Of a stretch of 64,000 nt of DNA, positions 53,799-62,428 are shown in pieces (position 1 is the stretch's first letter; the number at the start of each line of letters is the position of its first letter). Source of the stretch: Thermoguttaceae bacterium (GTDB lineage: Bacteria > Planctomycetota > Planctomycetia > Pirellulales > Thermoguttaceae); contig DATLAN010000080.1 in assembly GCA_035527455.1 (NCBI GenBank), positions 1,425 to 65,424 of the forward strand, in the 5' to 3' direction. A model generated the notes under the pieces. It made no database searches, was not told where the DNA came from, and saw nothing but the letters and a program-made list of their open reading frames with translations. A program made the position numbers and the translations under genes.

Positions 53799-55487
53799 TC
53801 AGCGGGAAAAACCTCGCGGCCCGTAGAAGTAATACGCCTCGCTGTCCTGATAGCCGATTCTCTGTTTGGTCTCGAACATCCCGTAGTCTTGGACTTCCGT
53901 CATGCGGGAAACGATGGGAAAGATCGTGCTGCGGTAGAATTGACGGGGCCGCCCCTCGTAGTAGCCCCGGGTGAAGAAGTCGCAGTCGTTCGGTTCGGTG
54001 ACTTCCATGCCCGGCAGAAACAGCGAGGTCTCGCACGGATCCAGCGGGCGGACGATTTCGGGGCTGACGAGAATCACCAGTTCGGTCTCGTCTCGCTTGA
54101 CGTTTCGTTTGCTGAAGATCGTATCGATCACGGGGATATCGCCCAGGAAGGGCACCCGCAGCTTGCTGCCCGACTGCTGATCCTGTAACAGCCCGGCGAT
54201 GGCCAGCCATTGGCCTTCGCGCAGATCGACCGTGGTGGACACGGCGCGGATGTTCAGTCCGGGAATGCCTCCCACTTCGACGTCCTCGTTGAGCGTGGAG
54301 AAGGAGGGCGACACGTGCAGCCGGATGCGATCCTTGTCGATGATGGTGGGGGTGAACTCCAGCTCGGTGCCGAAGCCCCGGAAGCTGGTCGTGGCGGCGC
54401 CGACGCCGTCGACGCCGACCACCGTGGGTACGGCGAATTCGCCGCCGGCGATGAAGTGGGCCGACTGGCCGTTGAGCGTCACCAGATTCGGTTCGGCCAG
54501 GATCTTCGAATACCCGTTGGAACTCAGTGCCTGGAAGGCCAGCCTCAAGTCTTCTGATTCCAGAATGGCTTGGAAGACTCCCGCCACGCCCAGCGTGGTG
54601 GTGAGGGTGAAGTCTCCGGCCAAAACCCTCAGATCGGCGCCCATCTCTCGCAACGCCGAACGGCTCAGTTCCGCGATGCGCACTTTGAGCATCACTTGCT
54701 GTTCGCCGGGCACGTCGAGCATGCTGATGATCTGCGAGGCGGGCAGGTCGTCGGCGCCGGGGATCGGCAATGCGGCGCGGCCTAAGGTGACGAAGCCTCC
54801 CCCTCCCCCTCCCGCCCAGTTGTTCAAGGTGTTCGCCCCGATCTGCCGGCCCGTCTGATCGACCGCCTGGCCCGCGATCAACGAGAGAATCTCACTGGCT
54901 TCCGCCGAGTCCCTCGCCTGTCCGCGAACGATCAGTTTGTCGGCGATCGGAATCAACTGGACCATGCTATCGGGAAACATCTCGTTGATTCGGTCTTGCA
55001 GCTTCCCGTATTGATCTTCGACGAGCTGTTGGTCGCTCTCGTCGCGGGTTACCTCTACCAGGTAGCGCAAAACCTGGTCGCCGAACCAGAGCGTCAGCGT
55101 CGTTTGGCCCGGTTCCCCTCCGATCAACTCGAACTCCTGGGCGCTGAACTGCACGACCTCCAGCACGTCGGGATCGGTGATCGAGAACTGCCTGACCGGC
55201 TCGTTCGTCCGGATCAGCTTCGATCGCTGCGAGTCGATCTCGATGGATATTTCCGGGTCGAGGATCTCGCGGATCAAGGTGTCGACCTTGGCGCGGGTCT
55301 GAGGAGAAGGATGGGACAGCTCTTCGACGGTGGGTGGACGCTTCCGGGCCGGTTGCTGGGCCAGGGCCGTCACCGAAACCAGCAAGAGGAGCGAATATAC
55401 GACTGCTCTGCGGGCTCTCTTCCAAACGGAATGCCCTTTGGAAGCTCGACCAGGTTGGATCGGCTTCAGCATTGGATAGCAGTACAT
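53799..55487 (-). CDS. cpaC: Tad secretin CpaC/RcpA
   Basis: 562 aa. N-terminal pilus-formation domain (VLEVVQFSAQEFELIGGEPGQTTLTLWF). Secretin C-domain LREGQWLAIAGLLQDQQSGSKLRVPFLGDIPVIDTIFSKRNVKRDETELVILVSPEIV. Confidence 0.9.
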   Translation of the reverse strand: MYCYPMLKPIQPGRASKGHSVWKRARRAVVYSLLLLVSVTALAQQPARKRPPTVEELSHPSPQTRAKVDTLIREILDPEISIEIDSQRSKLIRTNEPVRQFSITDPDVLEVVQFSAQEFELIGGEPGQTTLTLWFGDQVLRYLVEVTRDESDQQLVEDQYGKLQDRINEMFPDSMVQLIPIADKLIVRGQARDSAEASEILSLIAGQAVDQTGRQIGANTLNNWAGGGGGGFVTLGRAALPIPGADDLPASQIISMLDVPGEQQVMLKVRIAELSRSALREMGADLRVLAGDFTLTTTLGVAGVFQAILESEDLRLAFQALSSNGYSKILAEPNLVTLNGQSAHFIAGGEFAVPTVVGVDGVGAATTSFRGFGTELEFTPTIIDKDRIRLHVSPSFSTLNEDVEVGGIPGLNIRAVSTTVDLREGQWLAIAGLLQDQQSGSKLRVPFLGDIPVIDTIFSKRNVKRDETELVILVSPEIVRPLDPCETSLFLPGMEVTEPNDCDFFTRGYYEGRPRQFYRSTIFPIVSRMTEVQDYGMFETKQRIGYQDSEAYYFYGPRGFSR

Positions 55488-55777
55488 CTTGGGGCTGAAT
55501 TAGGACTCGGATGTCACGCCCGTCGAAGGCACCGTGACATTCTTCGGGGCCGCTTTGCAGACAGTCTCCTAGCACCCACCAGCGATCCAGTAGAGCCAGT
55601 CATACCGTTTGTATCGGTTGTCGGAAAATGGAGAATTAGCCCAAAACATTTCGACGGCGGATCTTCTGACTCGCCAACCTGTACTGAGCAGCCGGGAAAG
55701 CTAAATCGGCACCGTGTAAACGACCGATCCGTATGAAGTCTGCAATCTTCACGCGACAGGACCGACGGAGGTAACCC

Positions 55778-56209
55778 GTGGCACCCACCGGCACCCTATC
55801 ACTGATGCTATTGATGGTCTCGGCCCATCCGATGGGCCCGAACATGGAGCCGGCTTACTCATCCCCTTGGATAAATGGGGAAACTGCGATGTCTGCACCC
55901 ATGGAAACGATGCCGGGAGAATCCTACTCCTCGTCGTACTATGAGGGCTCCAGCATGTTGCCCCACCTTGCCTATTTTCCGGCATTGCACGGATACTACT
56001 ATTTCCGGCCCTATTCGCTCCGCCACCTCCAACAGCACCAAGCCGCCGTCGTCCGATGGGGGGGCGATCCTCGTAACCCCTACGCGAACGTTATATTCGA
56101 ACGGCTGGATGATGGGTTCCAGACAGACCCGGCCCGCGTACCGGCCGAGGAAATTCCAACGCCTAACCCCTACAACCCCGCTCCAAATTACTACCCCACA
56201 CTACAATAG
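55778..56209 (+). CDS. Hypothetical Tyr/Pro-rich small protein
   Basis: 143-aa ORF with a GTG start (GGAGG 12 nt upstream). Contains the HGYYYFRPYSLRHLQQHQ motif. I recognise no family. Confidence 0.5.
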   Translation: MAPTGTLSLMLLMVSAHPMGPNMEPAYSSPWINGETAMSAPMETMPGESYSSSYYEGSSMLPHLAYFPALHGYYYFRPYSLRHLQQHQAAVVRWGGDPRNPYANVIFERLDDGFQTDPARVPAEEIPTPNPYNPAPNYYPTLQ

Positions 56210-56269
56210 AAGCCGGTTATCACGCTTTCTGGAGGTCGCTTCTGCACGGAGTTTCGGCCCCGGTAAACG

Positions 56270-56872
56270 GTGATCTTGGATCGGCTTTTCTCTTGGGTGC
56301 CATGCGGCACCGGGATACTCGCAAACCCGATGGACGGTTCCGACCAGCAACGCGAAGGCCCGATCGAGATTCCTCTAGTGGGGGATCTGACAGAGAACCA
56401 AAGCGACCTGTGCGAGAAGCTCTTGTCCGTGGAGCCGGGCGGCGAGTGTATTCTGTATATCGATTCCCTCGGCGGCAGCCCCTATTGCGCAATGGCCCTG
56501 ACTTCGCTGATCGTGCTGCGTGGGCTCCGGGCAATCGGGATCGTGGCCGGCGAGTGTTCTTCGGCGGCCCTGTGGCCCTTCGCCGCCTGCCGACGCAGAC
56601 TGGTTACCCCCTATAGCGTTCTTCTGTTTCACCCCATGAAGTGGCAGAGCGAGGAAAATGTCGACCTGGGCGAGGCCGCCGAGTGGGCACGTCATTTCAG
56701 ACAACTCGAGACCGAAATGGACCTGCTGCTGGCCAATCTATTCGGTGTCCCCAACGAAAAGATCCTCGCGTGGGTCCGTCCGGGCCGTTACGTCAGCGGT
56801 CCCGAAATGGCCGAAACCGGCCTGGCCGAATTGATCGAGCTGAAATCGCTGGACTTTCTGGTCCGAGGTTAG
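56270..56872 (+). CDS. Divergent ClpP/S14-fold protein (third paralog, Asp region not conserved)
   Basis: YIDSLGGSPYCAMAL (compare INSPGGS..A.AIYD), GECSSAAL (Ser position), LLFHPMKW (His position). RPGRYVSGPEMAETGL replaces [16 protein letters not shown] start; alternative start at ATG 56330. Confidence 0.65.
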   Translation: MILDRLFSWVPCGTGILANPMDGSDQQREGPIEIPLVGDLTENQSDLCEKLLSVEPGGECILYIDSLGGSPYCAMALTSLIVLRGLRAIGIVAGECSSAALWPFAACRRRLVTPYSVLLFHPMKWQSEENVDLGEAAEWARHFRQLETEMDLLLANLFGVPNEKILAWVRPGRYVSGPEMAETGLAELIELKSLDFLVRG

Positions 56873-56881
56873 TTCGGCCCC

Positions 56882-57628
56882 TCAGTGTTTCGCCAAGGGT
56901 TTTCGCGCCGTAACCAGCGCCCCTTCCGTGCAGGAGGAGGTGCGATAACCGGTCCACCCGTGGAACTTCGCGTCGACGAAGCCCGCATCCGCCAGCATTT
57001 TCAGGAGCGACCGCTCCCAAATCGCGCCGGTGATTCAGTCGGACCAGGTGCCCTTTCTTGACACCTGCTCGGGCGTCACTTCCTCGTGAAGCAGAATATC
57101 CGCCATTCGAAGCCGGCCGCCCGGCCGGAGCACACGGTACACTTCGGAGATGACTGCCGGCTTGTCGACGCAGAGATTCAACACGCCGTTGGAGATGGCC
57201 ACGTCGATGCTGCCGCCGTCCAGCGGAAGATTCGCCACGTCGGCCTGCAAGAACTCGACGTTGTTCACTCCGAGGGACCGGGCATTGTCGCGGGCCTTCT
57301 CGACCATGGCCTCGGTCACGTCCACGCCGACGACTTTGCCCGCCGGTCCCACGCATCGGGCCGCCAGCAGGCAATCCAAGCCGGCGCCGCTGCCCAGATC
57401 CAGCACCCTTTCTCCAGGGCGCAGCTCTCCCAATCCCAGCGGATTGCCCACGCCGCAAAAAGAGTCGGTCACCGAAGAAGGCAATGCGGCCAGCTCATCC
57501 TCGCCGTAGCCGAGAGTTCGAGCGCTGTCCAGGCCGACCGGGAATTTGCTCTCCCGTTCCGGTGTGTCAGCGATCCGAGAGAATCGTTGGCGGACAGCCT
57601 TCTGGATTTCGTCTGGAGATTCGTGCAT
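56882..57628 (-). CDS. ArsM-like SAM-dependent methyltransferase with in-frame UGA (codon 198): candidate selenoprotein, or else a nonsense pseudogene
   Basis: ORF 57035..57628 (197 aa: FCGVGNP, VLDLGSGAGLD, RVLRPGGRL) ends at TGA 57037..57035. The same frame continues for 50 more codons (ITGAIWERSLLKMLADAGFVD..ALVTARKPLAKH) to TGA 56884..56882, with 40/50 G/C-ending codons. Confidence 0.55.
56992..57030 (-). promoter_or_regulatory. SECIS-like stem-loop immediately downstream of the in-frame UGA
   Basis: On the mRNA: lower stem CCGGC/GCUGG, upper 9-bp stem UUUGGGAGC/GCUCCUGAA (two G.U pairs), apical tetraloop GGUC at nt +26..+29 from the U of UGA. Confidence 0.5.
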
Positions 57629-57971
57629 CTCACTTTTCCTTACTCACGGCTGAAGTCCACCCCTTGCGCCAGTATGGCTCTACTCGATTATACCGCCGAT
57701 TGTCAAGAATCGGCAGAACTTCTCGCTTCCTCAACCCGGACATTGGAAGAGCTTTTCCTCGGTCCGTCGAAAATGAAAATCCGATCGCCAATCCAAGAAA
57801 CCACGCAACTTCTCCTTGCTCCAAACGAGGATACGTATCACAGAAACACAAGCCAACATGAATGCGGTCAGCGAGTTCCAAGACCCATCGACACACCGCC
57901 ACCTCCCGGGGCAACACAAGTACCAGCTTTCCGACTCCGATGGCCCCGGCGAGGTGGCGTTTTACCGGGAT

Positions 57972-58000
57972 TTGCGGCCGCGTCCGAGTTCTCGTATAAT
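57972..58000 (+). promoter_or_regulatory. Sigma-70-like promoter candidate for the DUF1598 gene
   Basis: TTGCGG (57972..57977), 17-nt spacer, TATAAT (57995..58000), 80 nt upstream of ATG 58080. Confidence 0.5.
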
Positions 58001-58079
58001 GATCCAGGCCATTCCCGGCGGTTCCGCCGGGGCGCCGTCCGGAGGGGAGACTTCAGTTCGGGACGGAACGGAGGTGACC

Positions 58080-59825
58080 ATGTCGAGGCGCCTGGCGTTG
58101 GGGGTTTGGCCCCGAATCGTGGTGGTCGGGCTGATGGCCCGAGTTCTCTGCTTCACGCCGGCACATGCGGCGGAAAACGACCCGCAGGACGCGTTGATCC
58201 GCGCGCAGATCGCCGCCGGCGAGTTTGCCCCGGCCGTGGCGGCGGCCCGTGCGGCGGCCGATCCGCAGCGCCGCGACCGTCTGCTGGCCGAAATCGCCGT
58301 GGCCCAGGCTGCCGTCGGGGCGCGTGAGGGCGCCTTGCGCACGGTGGCGGAGATGTACGACGACCGCAACCGCGCCGAGGCCCTTTCTCGGATTGCCGCC
58401 CAACTTTTCGGGGGACGCGGCGGCGGGGCCCAAGCCGACTTCGACCCCCTGATCGAACTAATCACCTCCACCATCGCGCCGGCGTCCTGGGAAACGGTTG
58501 GCGGGCCGGGGGCCATCGCGCCGTTTGCCACCGGCGTATACGTCGATGCCCAGGGTGTGCTCCGGCCGCTGATGAAGCAGAAAGTCACCGGCACATTGGG
58601 TACGCTGCATGCCGCCAGCGCGGTCCAAGCCGGCCAAGAGGACGTACGGCGGAGTTCACCGCTGCGGAAAGTCTCGTTGCCGAGGTTGGAGAAGCAAATC
58701 CAACTGCGTCTGGCGGCCGGCCGAGGGCCGACCGAAGCCATGCAAGTCCTGGCCGGCCTGCAACGCATCGAGTACGTCTTCGTCTATCCCGACACCGGCG
58801 ACCTGGTCCTGGCCGGACCGGCCGGAGACTGGGCCCTCGACGGGGAGAACCGCATCGTCGGCAGCGACACGGGTTTGCCGGTCCTCCGGCTGGACGACCT
58901 GGTAGTCGTACTCCGCCACATGATGAGCGGACCCGACGCCCGATTCGGCTGCGCGATCGTCCCCACGCAACAGGCCTTGGCGCGCACGCAGCTCTTTTTG
59001 AACGAATCGAATCCCGATTTCCGAAATGCCGCCGACCGGGAAGCCTGGCTGGAACAACTCCGCTCGCGGCTGGGGAAGCAACAGATCGACGTCTACGGGC
59101 TCGACCCGCGCACCCGCGCCGCTCGGGTCATGGTCGAAGCCGACTATCGCATGAAGCTGGTCGGCATGGGCCTGGAAGAGGGCGTGCCCGGCGTGGAGAG
59201 TTACCTCGAGTCGATCCGCGTTCGCCCGGGCGAGGCCCCGCCGCCGATGGGCGTTCTCCGCTGGTGGTTCACGCTCGACTACGACGCGGTGCTGGCCAGC
59301 CAAGACGGCAGCGCCTTCGCCGTTCGCGGCCAGGGCGTGAAAGTCTTGAGCGAAAACGAACTGCTCACGGCCGAAGGCAAACGGGTCCACACGGGCGAGT
59401 CCGAAGAGTTGAACCGTCAGTTCGCCCGGAGCTTCACGCAACACTTCGCGGCCCTCTGTCGGAAATACCCCGTTTACGCCGAGTTACGAAATGTTTTCGA
59501 CCTGGCGCTGGTCGGTGCGTTGATCCAAAGCGAGGAGTTGGCCCAGAAGGCCGCTTGGCATTTGACCTGTTTCGGCGATGCCGGCGCGTACTCGTTTCCA
59601 CTCGGCCCGGCCCCGAAGCAAGTGGAAACGGTTGCCAATTACCGCACGATCCGCTCGGGCACGAAGATCCACACGATATCCGGCGTCAGCGGCGGAGTGC
59701 GCGTCGATCCCGCCCGGCTGGTCACGCGTCGGGCCATTGAAATCGACCGTTACAGCGGCCTGGAAGACCGTCGCTCGGCTGCGGCCGTGAAAGGGCTGCC
59801 GGCCGCGGCGTGGTGGTGGGATTAG
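58080..59825 (+). CDS. DUF1598-domain secreted protein
   Basis: Trimmed from ORF 57816..59825 to ATG 58080 (GGAGG 6 nt upstream). Signal peptide MSRRLALGVWPRIVVVGLMARVLCFTPAHA. Contains ADFDPLIELITSTIAPASWETVGGPGAI and LPRLEKQIQ.., as in DUF1598. Confidence 0.82.
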   Translation: MSRRLALGVWPRIVVVGLMARVLCFTPAHAAENDPQDALIRAQIAAGEFAPAVAAARAAADPQRRDRLLAEIAVAQAAVGAREGALRTVAEMYDDRNRAEALSRIAAQLFGGRGGGAQADFDPLIELITSTIAPASWETVGGPGAIAPFATGVYVDAQGVLRPLMKQKVTGTLGTLHAASAVQAGQEDVRRSSPLRKVSLPRLEKQIQLRLAAGRGPTEAMQVLAGLQRIEYVFVYPDTGDLVLAGPAGDWALDGENRIVGSDTGLPVLRLDDLVVVLRHMMSGPDARFGCAIVPTQQALARTQLFLNESNPDFRNAADREAWLEQLRSRLGKQQIDVYGLDPRTRAARVMVEADYRMKLVGMGLEEGVPGVESYLESIRVRPGEAPPPMGVLRWWFTLDYDAVLASQDGSAFAVRGQGVKVLSENELLTAEGKRVHTGESEELNRQFARSFTQHFAALCRKYPVYAELRNVFDLALVGALIQSEELAQKAAWHLTCFGDAGAYSFPLGPAPKQVETVANYRTIRSGTKIHTISGVSGGVRVDPARLVTRRAIEIDRYSGLEDRRSAAAVKGLPAAAWWWD

Positions 59826-59837
59826 GGCGCATGAAGA

Positions 59838-59867
59838 AGCCCCGTCCCGGAGTTCGAGGACGGGGCT
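59838..59867 (+). terminator. Hairpin 13 nt after the DUF1598 stop (no U-tract)
   Basis: AGCCCCGTCC-cggagttcga-GGACGGGGCT, a perfect 10-bp stem. Confidence 0.45.
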
Positions 59868-60432
59868 CCCTGAAGGTGAGCCCGGAATTGCGGTCAACTG
59901 GGGATGTCGACCGAAGGAATCGTGGGGATGCAATGGACGATTGGACTCACCTGCCATCGATCGATGGCTGTTGGGTAAGAAGGAACGTGAAGTAACGCGT
60001 GAAGGATGCAAGCCTCATGCCAATGGCACGCTTCCCCCGTCCGCTTGCTTTGGTGCAACGTCCCTAATCTGTTATTCAACCGGCACTTGCGCCGACGGCG
60101 TGGAAGCGGCTGAAGCCGACACCCACGGCGGCGACACGTCGCTTTTTGGCAATCCGCGGCCGCGTGGATGATGCCCGAACTCGACGCCGGCCGCCCTGCT
60201 TCGAGCGTTTCCACCCGGAAGCCGGCACCCGGGCGGATTTCCCACTCGGCAGACTTTACGGTGCCGGCCATCTTTGCCCCCGGATTGTTTACAAAACGCC
60301 GCCCTCGGGCCCTTGGTCGTCGGGTACTCGCACTAGGGTTCAATGAGCCGCCGAGTTGCACCGCAACGCGACGGCCCGATCGGTGGGTTCGTACCCTTAG
60401 GGTAACTTCCGAAAGGCAAAACGAGAGGTGCG

Positions 60433-60720
60433 ATGATGGAAATGGTGCGGATCATTCAGTGCGACGCGGCCGACTGCGCGTACAACCAGAACAGCCAGTG
60501 CCACGCAATGGCCATTACCGTCGGCGGCGGCATGGACCACAAGTGCGACACCTTCACGACGGGAACCGGCCAAGGCGGCTTCCCCGACGTGATCGGCGGC
60601 GTGGGCGCCTGCAAAGCCGCCTCGTGCAGGCACAACATGAACCTCGAGTGCGAAGCGCCCGGCATCAAAATCGGCCGCGAAGCGGGACTGGTCGACTGCC
60701 TGACGTTCGAACCCGGGTGA
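60433..60720 (+). CDS. DUF1540-domain small Cys-rich protein
   Basis: Two copies of the C-x3-C-x-[YH]-N-x4-C-x-A pattern (CDAADCAYNQNSQCHA, CKAASCRHNMNLECEA). 95 aa. Confidence 0.78.
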   Translation: MMEMVRIIQCDAADCAYNQNSQCHAMAITVGGGMDHKCDTFTTGTGQGGFPDVIGGVGACKAASCRHNMNLECEAPGIKIGREAGLVDCLTFEPG

Positions 60721-60727
60721 ACCGGCT

Positions 60728-60842
60728 GGCACCAAACGGTTCTTGACATCGTTGCGGTAAACTCCGGGGTGGCACGCCCTGAGGAACGAAGGGCGTGGTA
60801 CGTCGGGAAAACACGCCCTTCGTTCCTCAGGGCGTGCCACCC
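60728..60842. repeat. Family A repeat, copy 6 (loop type 2 in flipped orientation)
   Basis: Left tail GGCACCAAACGGTTCTTGACATCGTTGCGGTAAACTCCGG as in copy 5, but the loop GTACGTCGGGAAAA is the reverse complement of the copy-5 loop. Confidence 0.92.
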
Positions 60843-60878
60843 ACCACCGCCAATATGTCGTGGTGCAATACACGCACC

Positions 60879-62186
60879 CTACCGACTCGGGCCGATGGCG
60901 TATAGATGCCCTTCGGCGCGGAGGTAGATCCGTCCGCCGCTGATCGCCGGCGAGGCGAAGCACCGCTCGCCCAGTTCGTTCTCGGCCACCACGTCGAACG
61001 TCTCGCCGGGGCGGACGATCGTGGTGACGCCTTCGTCGGAGAGGAAATGGACCAGGCCCTCGGCCTCGACCAGCGAGGCGCTGTAGTGCGGGCCGATCCG
61101 TTCCATCCAACACCGCCGGCCGGTCTCGGCCTCGAAGCAACTGGCGATGCCGATATCCGAGACGACCAGGAAGTACCTGCCCCCGCCGGCGACGATCGGC
61201 GAAGGCACGTACGAGCAGCCCTTGGTCGTGTGCCAGACCACGTGCGTGTCGGTCACGTTGCCTTGCCCGTCGGGGCGGATGGCCATGATGTGGAACTCGG
61301 GGAACCCGGCCGTCATGAAGAACAGCTCCCCGTTGAAGACCAGCGAGGCGACGTACTGTTCGGTGGGGCCGTCGATGATCCAGTGCCGCCGGCCGTTTTG
61401 GGGATCGTAACTGGCCACGCACTTCGTGCCGGAGAGGACCATCTGCACGCGGCCGTCGATCTCGCGGATGATCGGGGGGCAGTAGCTCCGCGTGTTGTTC
61501 ACCCGGGGCCGTTTCCAGACCGTCTTGCCGGTGGCCCGATCCAGCGCGACCAGGTAGCCGTCTCCGTCGTGGTCGCCGTTGAGGATGACGAGGCTTTCGT
61601 ACAGGATCGGCGAGCTGCAATAGCCGTGCCGGCTGGAGAAGCGCCCCGGCCGGGCGACCCATTGTTGCTCGCCCTGGAAGTCGTACGCCGCCACCAACAT
61701 GTTGCCCGGCGTGGCCATGTCGCCGCCGGCGGGATCGCTCGGATCCGCCAAAGCCGTGTCGGGCTCGAGGAAGGAGACGTAGACGAGTTTGCCGTCGGCC
61801 GCCGGCGTGCTCGAGGCGTAGCTGTTCAGCCGGTGCTGCTTTTCCAACGGAGCACGGAGCACGACTTGTTGCCAAAGGATCCGCCCACTGCCGCGGTCGA
61901 GACACGACAAGACGCGATCCTTGATCTCCTCGAAGCAAGTGACGAGGAAGATCCGCTCGCCGAAGACGATCGGCGAGCCATGACCCTTGCCGGGGATGGC
62001 CGCCTTCCAAGCGATGTTCTTCCCGTCCGCTCCGTTCCAGCGGATGGGGATCTCCTTCTCCACGCTGGTCCCGTCGCTGCGCGGCCCTCGCCAGCCGGGC
62101 CAGTCCTCGGCCGCGGTCTCGGCAGGGAGAAACAGGGGAAACAGGCACAAGAGACACAAGAGGAGGATTGACGTCTTTGGCGGCAC
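60879..62186 (-). CDS. PQQ-like (BamB/YxaL-type) beta-propeller repeat protein, secreted
   Basis: Trimmed from ORF 60879..63134 to GTG 62186 (GAGGA 7 nt upstream). VPPKTSILLLCLLCLFPLFLPAETAAEDWPGWRGP is followed by repeated ..G..W.. blades (GRILWQQ, GKTVWKR, GRRHWII, GRRCWME). Confidence 0.83.
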   Translation of the reverse strand: MPPKTSILLLCLLCLFPLFLPAETAAEDWPGWRGPRSDGTSVEKEIPIRWNGADGKNIAWKAAIPGKGHGSPIVFGERIFLVTCFEEIKDRVLSCLDRGSGRILWQQVVLRAPLEKQHRLNSYASSTPAADGKLVYVSFLEPDTALADPSDPAGGDMATPGNMLVAAYDFQGEQQWVARPGRFSSRHGYCSSPILYESLVILNGDHDGDGYLVALDRATGKTVWKRPRVNNTRSYCPPIIREIDGRVQMVLSGTKCVASYDPQNGRRHWIIDGPTEQYVASLVFNGELFFMTAGFPEFHIMAIRPDGQGNVTDTHVVWHTTKGCSYVPSPIVAGGGRYFLVVSDIGIASCFEAETGRRCWMERIGPHYSASLVEAEGLVHFLSDEGVTTIVRPGETFDVVAENELGERCFASPAISGGRIYLRAEGHLYAIGPSR

Positions 62187-62428
62187 AGATTGATCCTCGG
62201 TCGATCTCGGGGGGATTCCGGGACGTGGGGGTCCATTATAACAGACCGGGGTGCAGACGCCATCGCGAAGCGTCGACGACCCCCCGCCGCTTGCGGCTTC
62301 GCCCGGTTCGCACATCCCGCGGCCTTCTTCTCGGGAGCACCTGCGATCCGGATTTGACCGGACCGATTGCCGACGTGTTCCGTCACGCGGACCGCCCTGA
62401 TTGGAGCTATCAGCCACCCGCCGGCGGA

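Noticed and set aside
60332-60341. ACTAGGGTTC upstream of the DUF1540 gene as the start of a ykkC/guanidine-I riboswitch.
   Set aside because: The other conserved blocks that I remember for that riboswitch (GGUCCGAGAG, ACACGG..GGGA.AAAAGCCCGGGAGA) are absent downstream.
59810-60361. Small ORFs in the long intergenic region: 59810..59995(+), 59894..60361(-), 59941..60171(+), 60168..60746(+).
   Set aside because: They have Arg-rich or low-complexity products, no start context and no codon-bias signal. 60168..60746 overlaps DUF1540 out of frame.
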